Origin: an uncultured Candidatus Saccharibacteria bacterium
GTDB taxonomy: Bacteria; Patescibacteriota; Minisyncoccia; Phycocordibacterales; Zambryskibacteraceae
Assembly: GCA_964348525.1 (NCBI GenBank)
Contig: CAYGCY010000005.1
Location: 1-40,300, forward strand
Direction of reading: 5' to 3'
DNA: 40,300 nt
Position numbers and translations under genes: made by a program. Position 1 is the stretch's first letter. Every line of letters begins with the position of its first letter. Below are positions 7,160 to 17,317 of this stretch, in pieces. Under the pieces are notes generated by a model. The model was given only the letters and a program-made list of their open reading frames with translations, was not told the origin of the DNA and searched no databases.

Positions 7160-8221
7160 ATGAAAATAGCCGTAGTTGGGGCTGGAATTTTTGGTATTAC
7201 CACAGCTGTAAAGCTTGGAAAAGCTGGTTTTGATGTGTATCTGTTTGAAAAAAATGACAAAATCCTCTCCTCTGCTTCGGGGATAAACCAGTACAGGCTT
7301 CACAGGGGGTACCACTATCCAAGAAGCAAATCTACAGCTCTCTCGTCAAAGTATTCAGAAGATTCTTTTAAAAAAGAGTATGGTGAGGCGGTCCTCGAAA
7401 ACAACGACCACTATTACGTAATTGCAAAAGAGAAAAGCAAAATTTCAGGCAAGGACTTTATTAATTTTTGCGTAGACTGTGGGCTAGAACATGAAGAAGA
7501 GAAGCTAGATCATATTTTTGATCATATGGTTGATGTTTCAATAAAAGGCAAAGAATCTCTTTTGGATCCAATAAAGCTTTATGAAATAGCGGAAATAAAA
7601 CTTAGAGAATCAAATATAAAAGTTTATCTTGGTCAAGAGTTTCAGGCCCATCAAATAGACGAGTACGACATTGTGGTTAATTGCACTTATGCCAATTCCA
7701 ATTTCATTTTGGAAAGATATCCTGAAGCCAAAAAAGAGTATCAATTTGAATTATGTGAAAAGCCCGTACTTAAGTTGTCGCCCAAATTTAGAAATAAAAG
7801 TATAGTAATTATGGACGGACCATTTTTCTGCGTTGACCCCTATGCGAATACTGATTTGCATGTAATGGGCAATGTTGTCCATGCGATACACAGGTCAAAC
7901 ACTGGTTTATATCCAGAAATACCAGAAGAATATAAGCCTTTGTTAAATAAAGGCATTGTTAGAAATCCTCCTATTACTAATATAAAAAAGTTTATGGAAG
8001 TCGCTAAGACTTTTATGCCAGAAATTGAAGGAGCAGAGCATGTTGGTTCAATGTACACAGTAAGAACAGTTTTGCCTAATGTGGACCATACAGATGAACG
8101 CCCAACATTAGTCTCAAAGATCGGCGACAAAATAATTCACGTATTTTCAGGGAAAATTGGCAATTGTGTGGAAGCGGCGGAGGAAGTGCTAAAAATTGTT
8201 AAATCTTCACACTCTCGATAG
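7160..8221 (+). CDS. FAD-dependent oxidoreductase (DAO-like)
   Basis: N-terminal VVGAGIFG Rossmann motif; ASGINQYRLHRGYHYPRS. Confidence 0.9.
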   Translation: MKIAVVGAGIFGITTAVKLGKAGFDVYLFEKNDKILSSASGINQYRLHRGYHYPRSKSTALSSKYSEDSFKKEYGEAVLENNDHYYVIAKEKSKISGKDFINFCVDCGLEHEEEKLDHIFDHMVDVSIKGKESLLDPIKLYEIAEIKLRESNIKVYLGQEFQAHQIDEYDIVVNCTYANSNFILERYPEAKKEYQFELCEKPVLKLSPKFRNKSIVIMDGPFFCVDPYANTDLHVMGNVVHAIHRSNTGLYPEIPEEYKPLLNKGIVRNPPITNIKKFMEVAKTFMPEIEGAEHVGSMYTVRTVLPNVDHTDERPTLVSKIGDKIIHVFSGKIGNCVEAAEEVLKIVKSSHSR

Positions 8222-9038
8222 TTTTATATACAGCCAAGGCAAAATCACCGTTCATTTTCGGCGTCTTTTCATTCTCTAGGGCGGTCAGAAAGTCTTTTAT
8301 TTCGTTTGCAACAGGTGAAGTGGTATCTATTTCTATTTGTTCCAACTCTCTATTTTCCTGATTTACTTTGAACAACTTGTTTCCACTTATAATGAATATG
8401 TCTTTATCGGTAATGATGGTAGCAGATTTTTCTGCAGTGCCAGAAGTTCTATTTATATATGAAACTATCTCTTCATTGTTTTCACCCAAGAATTTGGTTA
8501 TTGTAATGTCTGATTCGGATATTACTTTTGTCCTATGATGGAATACAGGTGTTATATTTTGTAGTCCTAGATATTTAGCTACTGATATATCATGAGAAAG
8601 TAAATGGGGAACAGCGTCATTTTCAAAAGTGCCCCACTTATTCCACTCAAAAGCCATGCCGATTATTTGGTGCCCCGCTATCAACTCTTTTATTTTTTGG
8701 ATAGCTGGGTGATGGGGGAACTCATATCCCACAGCGAAGACTAAGTTTTTAGCTCGTGCCATTTCTACTATCTCCGCTAATTCAGAAGAACTGCTGGTGC
8801 CAGGCTTTTCCAAAAATAGATGCTTCCCAGCCGTTATAACTTTTTTTGCTACTTCAAAATGTGTTTTGGTGGGTGTTGCCACAAAAACGGCTTCTATTTC
8901 AGGGTCTGAAAAAACCACATTCAAATCGGTTTTGTTGTCACATTTATATTTCACCTCGACCTGCTTCTCTAATTCAGCAAGGAGATTTTTTCCCCAATGG
9001 CCAATGCCTATAATTGCTATTTTGTGCTCTTTGGACAT
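8199..9038 (-). CDS. Gfo/Idh/MocA family NAD-dependent oxidoreductase
   Basis: IIGIGHWG, VATPTKTH, GKHLFLEKP. Confidence 0.92.
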   Translation of the reverse strand: MSKEHKIAIIGIGHWGKNLLAELEKQVEVKYKCDNKTDLNVVFSDPEIEAVFVATPTKTHFEVAKKVITAGKHLFLEKPGTSSSSELAEIVEMARAKNLVFAVGYEFPHHPAIQKIKELIAGHQIIGMAFEWNKWGTFENDAVPHLLSHDISVAKYLGLQNITPVFHHRTKVISESDITITKFLGENNEEIVSYINRTSGTAEKSATIITDKDIFIISGNKLFKVNQENRELEQIEIDTTSPVANEIKDFLTALENEKTPKMNGDFALAVYKTIESVKI

Positions 9039-9055
9039 AATAGAGGTAATTATAT

Positions 9056-10168
9056 ATGCAAATTCTCTTGGCTGCAGGGATATTCTATCCAGATGTCGGT
9101 GGACCCGCCATACATGTCAGAAAGATAGCCGAAAGGCTAAAAAAGGAAGGTTTTAGGCCTGTTGTAGTGGCTTATGGCAACGATCACTCAAACACAGATC
9201 TTGGCTTTAAAGTCATTCGCATTTCTAGAAAACTTCCTAAGATTTTACAATGGTTTTTCTATTTTCTTGCCCTTTTAATTTACGCCCCATTTTCTAAACT
9301 GGTTTACGCTTTTGATCCAACATCTGCAGGGATTCCAGCAAGCGTTATTGCAAGAATTTTTGCAAAGCCTTTTATTATTAGGATTGGAGGGGACCCAATT
9401 TGGGAAAGAGAAGCTGAACAGGGAAGAAGATTAATGCCTATTGAAAAATATTATCAGCTTGGTTTGTACAAAAAAGACAAACCGAAGCTTTTTCAAGCGA
9501 TAAAATCAATGCTCACAACGGCTAAATTTGTGATTGTTTATAATCAAGGTTTTAAAGATTTTTATTCAAAATATTATGGAGTAAGAGAAGAAATAATAAG
9601 CATCATAAAAAACCCAGTGTTTAAAAGAGAGCTAGCAGAGTCGGTTTTGCCAAAGGAGCCTATAATTTTGTTTGCTGGTCGTTTTGTTAGCTATAAAAAT
9701 TTACCTTTAGTTATTGATGCTTTTAAAGATATAGGAATAGGAAAATTTATTCTTATTGGTTCTGGTCCAGACAAAGAAAAACTAGTTAACATGGTCAGTT
9801 CTCTCTCTTTAGAAGATAAAGTTATATTTTTAGATTCAGTACCGCAAGAAACCCTCTTCAAATATATTAGGGAATCTAGTATTTGTATCGGTCCTGCCCT
9901 TAGTGAATTCAACCCTAATTTTATTTTAGAAGCATTATCATTTGGGAAGCCTGTATTACTTTCTAAGGGTCACGGCCTTTCTGTAGATTTACCAAAAGAA
10001 TTTCTATTTAACCCAGAAGACAAAGAAGAGCTAAAACAAAAACTAACGTATTTATTTGATGAAAAAAATTATGAGGAAGCTGTTTCTGTTGTTAATAAAT
10101 TACCAATGAACCAATCATGGGAAAATGTTACTGATGAACACATGCAGATTATAAAAAAACTTGTATGA
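9056..10168 (+). CDS. Glycosyltransferase family 4
   Basis: FYPDVGGPA, FAGRFVSYKN, SEFNPNFILEALSFGKP. Confidence 0.92.
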   Translation: MQILLAAGIFYPDVGGPAIHVRKIAERLKKEGFRPVVVAYGNDHSNTDLGFKVIRISRKLPKILQWFFYFLALLIYAPFSKLVYAFDPTSAGIPASVIARIFAKPFIIRIGGDPIWEREAEQGRRLMPIEKYYQLGLYKKDKPKLFQAIKSMLTTAKFVIVYNQGFKDFYSKYYGVREEIISIIKNPVFKRELAESVLPKEPIILFAGRFVSYKNLPLVIDAFKDIGIGKFILIGSGPDKEKLVNMVSSLSLEDKVIFLDSVPQETLFKYIRESSICIGPALSEFNPNFILEALSFGKPVLLSKGHGLSVDLPKEFLFNPEDKEELKQKLTYLFDEKNYEEAVSVVNKLPMNQSWENVTDEHMQIIKKLV

Positions 10169-11301
10169 ACCAAAAGGAGATTAATGTATTAATGTTTAGT
10201 GGTGATCCTCGATTAGCAAATCCACAATCAGCCGTTGCCTTACGCTTGGCCTCGTACTCTGTTTTAGCTCATAAAATTTTTATAGTAGTTTCTGGGAAAG
10301 GAGTTGAGTATAAATTAGCAGAAAATATTGTCGTGTTTCCTATAGGTAGAGGTTGGCCATTTTTACGAGTCAAAGGAATTATAAAAAAAGCAAAAGAAAT
10401 AATTCTCAAAAATAATCTGAATCCGCAAAATACTATTATTACCACCCAAGATCCATTTGATACAGGAACTGCCGGTGTCCTTTTAAAAAAGGAATTTAAT
10501 ATCCCGCTCGAGCTTCAAATACATGGAGACATAATGAGTCCATGGTTTAGTGGACAATCTTTTCTCCATAAAATAAGAGTTTCAAGATTAAAAGAAGTCT
10601 TACAAACAGCAGACACGATAAGAGTTGTATCTAATACCATCGCTGAATCGATTTCAAAAATTGTTGATAAAGATAAAATTTATGTTTTGCCAATAGCTAT
10701 TAAAAAACCACTAGACTATGGAAATAGAAACTTTCTTTCTAATAAATATCTCGGGCTTGGTTTTATTATGCTAACTATTGCAAGGTTAGAGCCAGAAAAA
10801 AATGTTGCTCAAGCAATACGACTTTTACAAAAGGTATTAACTATTGAGCCGAGGGCAGGTTTAATTATTGTTGGAGATGGTTCACAAAGAAAAAAATTAG
10901 AAAAACTTTCTAAAAAACTTGGGATTAAGGACCATGTGTCATTTGAAGGTTGGCAGGAAGATACTAAAGATTATTTTGCTTCTGCACACCTGTATTTACA
11001 GACGAGTTTTTTTGAAGGTTATGGGATGGCAATTGCAGAAGCCGCGCTTGCTGGGCGAGCTATTCTTTCGACAGATGTGGGCGTTGCTCATGATTTAGCC
11101 AAATTAAATTCTGCACTCGTAGCGCCGGTTGATGATGATGAAAAATTATTTGAACAGGCGAAAATACTACTAGACCAAGAAAGGAGAACGATTATGGGGA
11201 TTTCTGCCCAAAGAGTAATAGATAGTCTTATTGTTTCTAAAGAAAAATTTTTACAAGTACAAAATAATCGCTGGCAACTTATGCTTGAAAATATTCAATA
11301 A
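10165..11301 (+). CDS. Glycosyltransferase family 4
   Basis: ARLEPEKN, FEGYGMAIAEA; ATGA overlap with the upstream gene. Confidence 0.92.
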   Translation: MNQKEINVLMFSGDPRLANPQSAVALRLASYSVLAHKIFIVVSGKGVEYKLAENIVVFPIGRGWPFLRVKGIIKKAKEIILKNNLNPQNTIITTQDPFDTGTAGVLLKKEFNIPLELQIHGDIMSPWFSGQSFLHKIRVSRLKEVLQTADTIRVVSNTIAESISKIVDKDKIYVLPIAIKKPLDYGNRNFLSNKYLGLGFIMLTIARLEPEKNVAQAIRLLQKVLTIEPRAGLIIVGDGSQRKKLEKLSKKLGIKDHVSFEGWQEDTKDYFASAHLYLQTSFFEGYGMAIAEAALAGRAILSTDVGVAHDLAKLNSALVAPVDDDEKLFEQAKILLDQERRTIMGISAQRVIDSLIVSKEKFLQVQNNRWQLMLENIQ

Positions 11302-11383
11302 ATAGGCTAGTATTTTGAGTACAATATGTTAAAACGACAGTCCAACCTGTCTGTTAGCCGTGTTTCTCATCCCGTAAAAATAT

Positions 11384-12313
11384 ATGAAGGGTAAAAAAAT
11401 CGTTGTAACTGGCGGTGCTGGGTTTATAGGCTCACACATAGTTGATGGGCTTTTAGACATTGGTGCCGAGGTATTTGTAATTGATGATTTCTCTACTGGC
11501 AGTCGAGACAACCTGAAGCACGTCATAGATAAAATCAGGTTGGTTGAAGGCTCAATTTTAAACACCGATTTACTCAAAGAAATATTTAGAGGTGCCTTTG
11601 CTGTTATACATATGGCGGCCCTCCCTTCTGTACCTAAAAGTATAGAGCTCCCAATGCAAACCAAGATGGTAAATTCTGTCGGCACACTCTCTGTGTTTTT
11701 GGCTGCAAGAGATTCTGGTGTTGACCGCGTCATTTATGCTTCATCAAGCTCGGTCTATGGTGATACGCCAGTACTCCCAAAGGTGGAAACTATGCCAACA
11801 AACCCTCTTTCGCCTTATGCCGTGCATAAATTAACCGCAGAGCTGTATGGGAGGATATTTAATTCAATGTATGGGCTCAAAACAATTGGGTTAAGATTCT
11901 TCAATATCTTTGGCCCACGCCAAAATCCACATAGTCCATATTCAGCTGTAATTCCTAAATTTATTGCACTTATTAAAAAAGGTGAGGCGCCTGTAATATT
12001 TGGCGACGGGGAACATACAAGAGATTTCACTTACGTTAAAAATGCTGTACAAGCAAACCTAAAAGCATTAACCACCAAAAAAGGTTTTGGTGAGGTATAT
12101 AACGTTGCGTCTGGTGGGCAAATCTCCCTAAACGATTTGGTTAGAAGTATTAACAAACTTGCAAAAAAAACCATAAAACCCACCTATGTTCCACCTAGGC
12201 AGGGCGATATAAAGGATAGCTTCGCTGACATAAGAAAGGCTAAAAAAACTTTTGGCTACAAACCTGATGTGACGTTTGAGGAGGGACTAGACATAACAAT
12301 AAAGTCTATATAA
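11384..12313 (+). CDS. NAD-dependent nucleotide-sugar epimerase (WbpP/TviC-like extended SDR)
   Basis: TGGAGFIGSH, ASSSSVYG, SPYAVHK (YxxxK), FNIFGPRQ, RDFTYV. Confidence 0.95.
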   Translation: MKGKKIVVTGGAGFIGSHIVDGLLDIGAEVFVIDDFSTGSRDNLKHVIDKIRLVEGSILNTDLLKEIFRGAFAVIHMAALPSVPKSIELPMQTKMVNSVGTLSVFLAARDSGVDRVIYASSSSVYGDTPVLPKVETMPTNPLSPYAVHKLTAELYGRIFNSMYGLKTIGLRFFNIFGPRQNPHSPYSAVIPKFIALIKKGEAPVIFGDGEHTRDFTYVKNAVQANLKALTTKKGFGEVYNVASGGQISLNDLVRSINKLAKKTIKPTYVPPRQGDIKDSFADIRKAKKTFGYKPDVTFEEGLDITIKSI

Positions 12314-12323
12314 TACAAATTAT

Positions 12324-13382
12324 ATGAAAAACAGAATTCTTATATTGACGCAAACGATAGATAAAACAGACAGAGAATTAGGATTTTTCCATGCTTGGGC
12401 AACCGAATTTGCCAAACATTCAGATCCGTTGACAATCATATGTCTCAAAAGAGGGGAATATGATTTTCCTAAACATGTGAAAGTCCTAACCCTTGGCAAG
12501 GAAAGCATGTCGGAATACAAACAATCCAAAAAAAGAATTAGATATATATATAGGTTTTACAAATACATTTGGCAGGAGAGAAATAATTACGATTCAGTTT
12601 TTGTACATATGAATGAGGAGTATATTATTTTAGGTTTTTTACTTTGGAAAATTTTAGGTAAGAAAATAACCCTATGGAGGAACCATCTTCAAGGTACCGC
12701 CTTTACAAGGTTTGCTGTGGCGTTGTCACAAAGAGTGTTTTGCACCTCACCTAAATCATTTACTGCACAATTCGATAAAACCAAAATAATGCCCGCAGGC
12801 GTTGATATGGGTTTATATAGAAAAAGTAGCACGCTCCCAACACCTAGGTCTGTACTCTTTTTTGGCAGGCTGTCACCTGTTAAGAACGTCCATGTATTTA
12901 TTGAAGCGATCAATGCTCTTGATGGCAATGGTTTTGATTTTCATGCAGATATTGTGGGGTCACCTGCTAACCCAGAAGACTTTGAGTATGAAAAAACTCT
13001 CCACAAGCTTGGCGACAATCTAGTATCAAAAAATAAACTCACGTTCAAAAAAGGTGTGGCACACGAAGAAACTGCAACTCTCTATGGCCATTATTCCCTG
13101 TATGTAAATCTGACTCCTGATGGTAGTTTTGATAAAACAATGCTTGAAGGTATGGCATCAGGTACCCCAGTTTTAGTTTCGAACTCTGTTTTTAGAGGTT
13201 ATATTCCCGAAGAATGCCAATTAATGAGCTTGGAAGCGGGTAGTGCGAGTGAGAAGATAAAGCACTTGCTTTCGTTAAATGATATTGAAAGAAACCAATT
13301 GGGAGACAAATTAGCCAAATACGCAGACGAAACCCACAGTCTAAGACACTTGGTAGATTTGTTAGTGGGCGAATTAATTTAA
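12324..13382 (+). CDS. Glycosyltransferase family 4
   Basis: GRLSPVKN, GSFDKTMLEGMASGTP. Confidence 0.9.
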   Translation: MKNRILILTQTIDKTDRELGFFHAWATEFAKHSDPLTIICLKRGEYDFPKHVKVLTLGKESMSEYKQSKKRIRYIYRFYKYIWQERNNYDSVFVHMNEEYIILGFLLWKILGKKITLWRNHLQGTAFTRFAVALSQRVFCTSPKSFTAQFDKTKIMPAGVDMGLYRKSSTLPTPRSVLFFGRLSPVKNVHVFIEAINALDGNGFDFHADIVGSPANPEDFEYEKTLHKLGDNLVSKNKLTFKKGVAHEETATLYGHYSLYVNLTPDGSFDKTMLEGMASGTPVLVSNSVFRGYIPEECQLMSLEAGSASEKIKHLLSLNDIERNQLGDKLAKYADETHSLRHLVDLLVGELI

Positions 13383-13392
13383 ATGCATTTTT

Positions 13393-14301
13393 ATGAAGTC
13401 TACTTCGCTTCATAATTATAATGCCGACCGTGGTTTAAATAGATATCAAAAAATACTCTATCTTTTTCTCAATTGGTTAAATAATCTTTTCCCATATTCC
13501 AATTTAGACGAAAGAATAAGGCTTAACAAATTCAATTTTAATGGCTGGCAAGATAAGTGGCCTCTTACTTATAAAGATAGTTCTGTAGCAAGAAAATTTT
13601 CCGACCTGTTTTGGATGTCTCTCCCGTGGAAGGCCATTGAAGAAGAACTGAACAAAATAAATGTTTTTGATACTGGATGTGGGTCCGGTAATTATGGAGC
13701 ACGCCTATTTGATTCCAGTCTGGGGGCAATAAACTCGTATACTGGAGTTGACGCTAAGGAAAGGTCTAATTGGGGTGATTTGATGAGTAAATACAAAAAT
13801 TTTTTACTCATAAAATCTTCCTCAAATGATATTAGCTCCATAATTCCCCAAGACACGAATCTATTTATAACCCAAACAGCGATAGAGCACTTTGATAACG
13901 ATTTAAGTTTTTTTGAGCAAATAAAAGCCCATATAGAAAAAAGTAATAAGCCAAGTCTTCAAATACATATTTTTCCAGCTGCTGCCACATTGCCTTTGTA
14001 TTTTTTTCATGGCTTGAGACAGTACACCCCAAGAAATATTTCAAAGATAACTAGAATCTTTGGGAATAATTCAAAGTTCATTCTTTTTGGTTTAGGCGGG
14101 GGAAGGGGGAAAAGAGTGCATTTTAAATATTTTACTTGGCCAGTTTTAATCACAAGGAAATTTAAAAAGCCAACCTTTGACGCTGAACAATATGACGTGG
14201 AGCTAAAAAAGGCATTTGAAGCTGATGTCGAGAAAAGCACTAAGTCTCCTATTTTCTGGGCTTTGATAATTCACACAAATTCTCAACGGAAAATATGGTA
14301 G
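13393..14301 (+). CDS. Class I SAM-dependent methyltransferase
   Basis: VFDTGCGSG, YTGVD, AIEHF. Confidence 0.8.
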   Translation: MKSTSLHNYNADRGLNRYQKILYLFLNWLNNLFPYSNLDERIRLNKFNFNGWQDKWPLTYKDSSVARKFSDLFWMSLPWKAIEEELNKINVFDTGCGSGNYGARLFDSSLGAINSYTGVDAKERSNWGDLMSKYKNFLLIKSSSNDISSIIPQDTNLFITQTAIEHFDNDLSFFEQIKAHIEKSNKPSLQIHIFPAAATLPLYFFHGLRQYTPRNISKITRIFGNNSKFILFGLGGGRGKRVHFKYFTWPVLITRKFKKPTFDAEQYDVELKKAFEADVEKSTKSPIFWALIIHTNSQRKIW

Positions 14302-15218
14302 ATTTCTTTCACTAAATATTTAGTGAGAAACACCGAGAGAGTGAACAATCTCCAATATATAAAGGGAGCTTTTCGTAGACCCAGTCTTTCTTTTCTACAG
14401 AAATTTGTGGCGGCCGATAAATATGCGATAAAAACAATAAAGAGCCTACTTATTGGAAGAGGCATTTCTTGTCTGATTCTTATCAGGGTTTTTTCTGCTT
14501 TCCCACTTAAAGCCACGTATCTTTTTATGTTGGTAATAGTGTTGTGGGCAGATATTGCTCTTTTGTCTAAATTTAGTGTTCTGGTAAATGAGTTAGGGAA
14601 GATCCTGTAGCGCAATAGGGGTTCGTCCATATTTGCAAAGTGAGTATCTGTGGTAAAGAGTAGACGGCTCCACAATTCGTAATCTTCGGAGTTTGAAAGA
14701 CTTTCATCGTATAAATTATTTTTCAAAATCTCTGTCCTTGCCATAACGGTCGGATGATACATTGGTGTAGAAAATAAACTGCTCCACTTTATATTTATGT
14801 GGTCTCTGTCCCTTTTTAGAGTTTTGATGGCTCTATTGTTTTCATCAATCACAATAATTGACGACCCGACCACTCCAACTTTTGGATGAGAATTTAAAAA
14901 AGCGACCTGTTTTGCAAATCTATTTTTGACACAAATATCGTCAGCATCCATTCTTGCTATAAATTCTCCACGAGCTATCTTAATGCCAACATTAAATGAG
15001 TAAGCAAGCCCTTTGTTTTCTCCATTATCTAAGTAAACAATTCGTGGGTCATTTATGGATTTAACAATACTCTCTGTTGAGTCCGTTGAACCGTCGTTTA
15101 TAAAAATTAACTCAAAATTTGTAAATGTTTGTGCGAGTACGCTATCAATAGCCTCTTTTAAAAAGCGTTCAGCGTTATATCCCGGCATTACTACACTTAT
15201 TGTTGGTTTATTAGACAT
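14283..15218 (-). CDS. Glycosyltransferase family 2
   Basis: ISVVMPGYN, INDGSTD, ARMDADD, SEDYELW. Confidence 0.95.
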   Translation of the reverse strand: MSNKPTISVVMPGYNAERFLKEAIDSVLAQTFTNFELIFINDGSTDSTESIVKSINDPRIVYLDNGENKGLAYSFNVGIKIARGEFIARMDADDICVKNRFAKQVAFLNSHPKVGVVGSSIIVIDENNRAIKTLKRDRDHINIKWSSLFSTPMYHPTVMARTEILKNNLYDESLSNSEDYELWSRLLFTTDTHFANMDEPLLRYRIFPNSFTRTLNLDKRAISAHNTITNIKRYVALSGKAEKTLIRIRQEMPLPISRLFIVFIAYLSAATNFCRKERLGLRKAPFIYWRLFTLSVFLTKYLVKEIYHIFR

Positions 15219-16338
15219 TTATTCCTAGTTGTTTAAATATTTTGGCATGTTTTTCAAGCCATAAATCGTTGCTGAAATGTGCAACCGCATTTTCACGTGC
15301 CCCCTTGCTGTAATTATCCCAGTTTTTTGAAATTGTTTGAATCGCATCCGCCACCTCTTCTGCGGTTGGGTAATGAAGGTGATCACGGTCATATTGTACA
15401 GGTATAGTAATCCCAGCGGTGGAGGGTATCCACTCTGCTGGCCCACCAGTTTTTCCGGCGATAACTGGCAGACCAGAAGCCATTGCTTCAAGAATTGCAG
15501 AGGGAGAAGAGTCCATGTGTTTAGTGTGAACATAAACATGGCCTTCTCTATATAAATCTGCCGCCTCCTGATGAGGGTATCTACCGCGTCTTTTTAAACG
15601 GTCGGAAATACCCCACTCTTTTGCCTTATTCATAATCTCTTCTTCTGCGTTGGGCCATTCAACTGGTCCGTACGATCGTAGCTCGGCATCAAAACCTCTT
15701 TCAGTAAGAATTTTTAGTGCTTCAAGAGGAATCATAACTTTTTCGGGTGTCATAGCAGTTCCCATTACCATAATTCGAAATGGTCTTTGTGGTGGAGGGA
15801 CTTGAGCTCTATGAAAGGTGTCTGTATCACAACTATTTGTAACAACTTGCCAAGGCCCAGTTGTCTTTGCAACTAAATCATCCGCCTCATTTTTTGAAAA
15901 CATGCTCTGGTATGCAACATAGTCTGCAAATTTAAGTGCACTCATTGTTGTGTTTATTTCTTTCCAATTATTAGGGGCCCAAGCAGGAACTCCCACCCCG
16001 TTTTGATTCCAAACAACCTTTACTCCTTTTTTCTTAGCTTCTTTTACCCAAATGTCTGGATAAGCAGGTAGGTGACTCGAAACCAAGTAAAGAACGTTAA
16101 AGCCCCTTCTGTATTCCCCCCATTTTTTGCGAAGATAAGTAAGTTTTACTCTGCCACCACGTATAAACGAACCCTCTGGTGGTAAAAATCCGCCAAAAGT
16201 AACTGAGCATATGCGGGGCTTATCAACTGGCCCTGGGCTACCTATTAAGGACCATTTAACAAAAAGTCGAACCCCAAAACGTTTGAGCCATTTAGGGAAC
16301 AACCTTCTAAAACTTGGTGGGAATTTATTTATTATCAT
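15211..16338 (-). CDS. Glycosyltransferase family 4
   Basis: DSSPSAILEAMASGLPVI, GGPAE. Confidence 0.9.
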   Translation of the reverse strand: MIINKFPPSFRRLFPKWLKRFGVRLFVKWSLIGSPGPVDKPRICSVTFGGFLPPEGSFIRGGRVKLTYLRKKWGEYRRGFNVLYLVSSHLPAYPDIWVKEAKKKGVKVVWNQNGVGVPAWAPNNWKEINTTMSALKFADYVAYQSMFSKNEADDLVAKTTGPWQVVTNSCDTDTFHRAQVPPPQRPFRIMVMGTAMTPEKVMIPLEALKILTERGFDAELRSYGPVEWPNAEEEIMNKAKEWGISDRLKRRGRYPHQEAADLYREGHVYVHTKHMDSSPSAILEAMASGLPVIAGKTGGPAEWIPSTAGITIPVQYDRDHLHYPTAEEVADAIQTISKNWDNYSKGARENAVAHFSNDLWLEKHAKIFKQLGINV

Positions 16339-17278
16339 TTTTAGGAATTAGAACTTCTATGTACTTCTTAGCTGTTTCCGAGATGGTTGGTATATTAATG
16401 CTTTTACGGTAGCCTTCAATATTTTTGGCAACTAAATCTATGGACATAAGGGCTGTTTCTTCATTAATAAAGCCTTCTCCAGCCTTGCCAACAAGTTCAG
16501 GATGTCCCCCTGAATTTCTAAATACAGCCGGTAGACCGCAGGCGAGTGCTTCAACTAGAGCGTTACTACAAGGGTCGTCTTCACTTGGAGCTATATAAAT
16601 ATCGTGTTGCTTTAATATTTTCGCTAACTCTTCGGATGGAACAGGGTCAATTAACTTTGCTCCCTTAAACTCAGCATTAGTTCTGCCAACAAATGTTAGT
16701 TCGTATTTTGAATAATCCAAATTTTTATCTAACCAAGAAAGTAGGGGGCCGCCTTTTTTTATGTTGTGTGACCAAGCAGTGGCAATTAATTTTATTTTTC
16801 TTTCCCCATTTGGTGAGGGGATTCGGTCCTTGCTATTAAATATATCAGGGTCTGTTGAGTTAAGGATTACTGTCGGATTCTTATAATTAAGTCCAATTTC
16901 TTTATATTTATTAGCACTATATTGCGAAATAAAGATTGTGGCGTCTGCTAATTCGTGGTTCATCCTCTCTGTCTCCCTGTCTATTTCTATATCCGTTCCC
17001 CTATAAACACCTATTGGACCAGCCAGTCTGTGAACCATTCTTGTATTGAACTTTTTACTTAATTTAAGTAGCTTATTTGCATCAAAGTTAAATGAGTTAA
17101 ACATCGCCACCTTGGTGTTTTTGCCGATTTTGTTGGAACCAACATCGTAGCCTTGTCGAGTAAGTTCTTTTTTGAGAGCCATTAAAAACTGGTTTCCTCC
17201 TCCATATGGTGGCTTTTGGAATTCGTGGAATATAGAGATTTCAGGCCCGTATAAAATATGGCTCAGTTTAGGTATCAT
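16325..17278 (-). CDS. Glycosyltransferase family 4
   Basis: PYGGGNQF, DPCSNALVEALACGLP, SGGHPE. Confidence 0.9.
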   Translation of the reverse strand: MIPKLSHILYGPEISIFHEFQKPPYGGGNQFLMALKKELTRQGYDVGSNKIGKNTKVAMFNSFNFDANKLLKLSKKFNTRMVHRLAGPIGVYRGTDIEIDRETERMNHELADATIFISQYSANKYKEIGLNYKNPTVILNSTDPDIFNSKDRIPSPNGERKIKLIATAWSHNIKKGGPLLSWLDKNLDYSKYELTFVGRTNAEFKGAKLIDPVPSEELAKILKQHDIYIAPSEDDPCSNALVEALACGLPAVFRNSGGHPELVGKAGEGFINEETALMSIDLVAKNIEGYRKSINIPTISETAKKYIEVLIPKNDNK

Positions 17279-17317
17279 GGGCGTTATTTTTATTGGGCCA
17301 TGATACCACTTTTTGGT

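Noticed and set aside
11326..11394. 22-aa upstream ORF overlapping the epimerase start
   Set aside because: No compositional or attenuator signature; cannot be supported.
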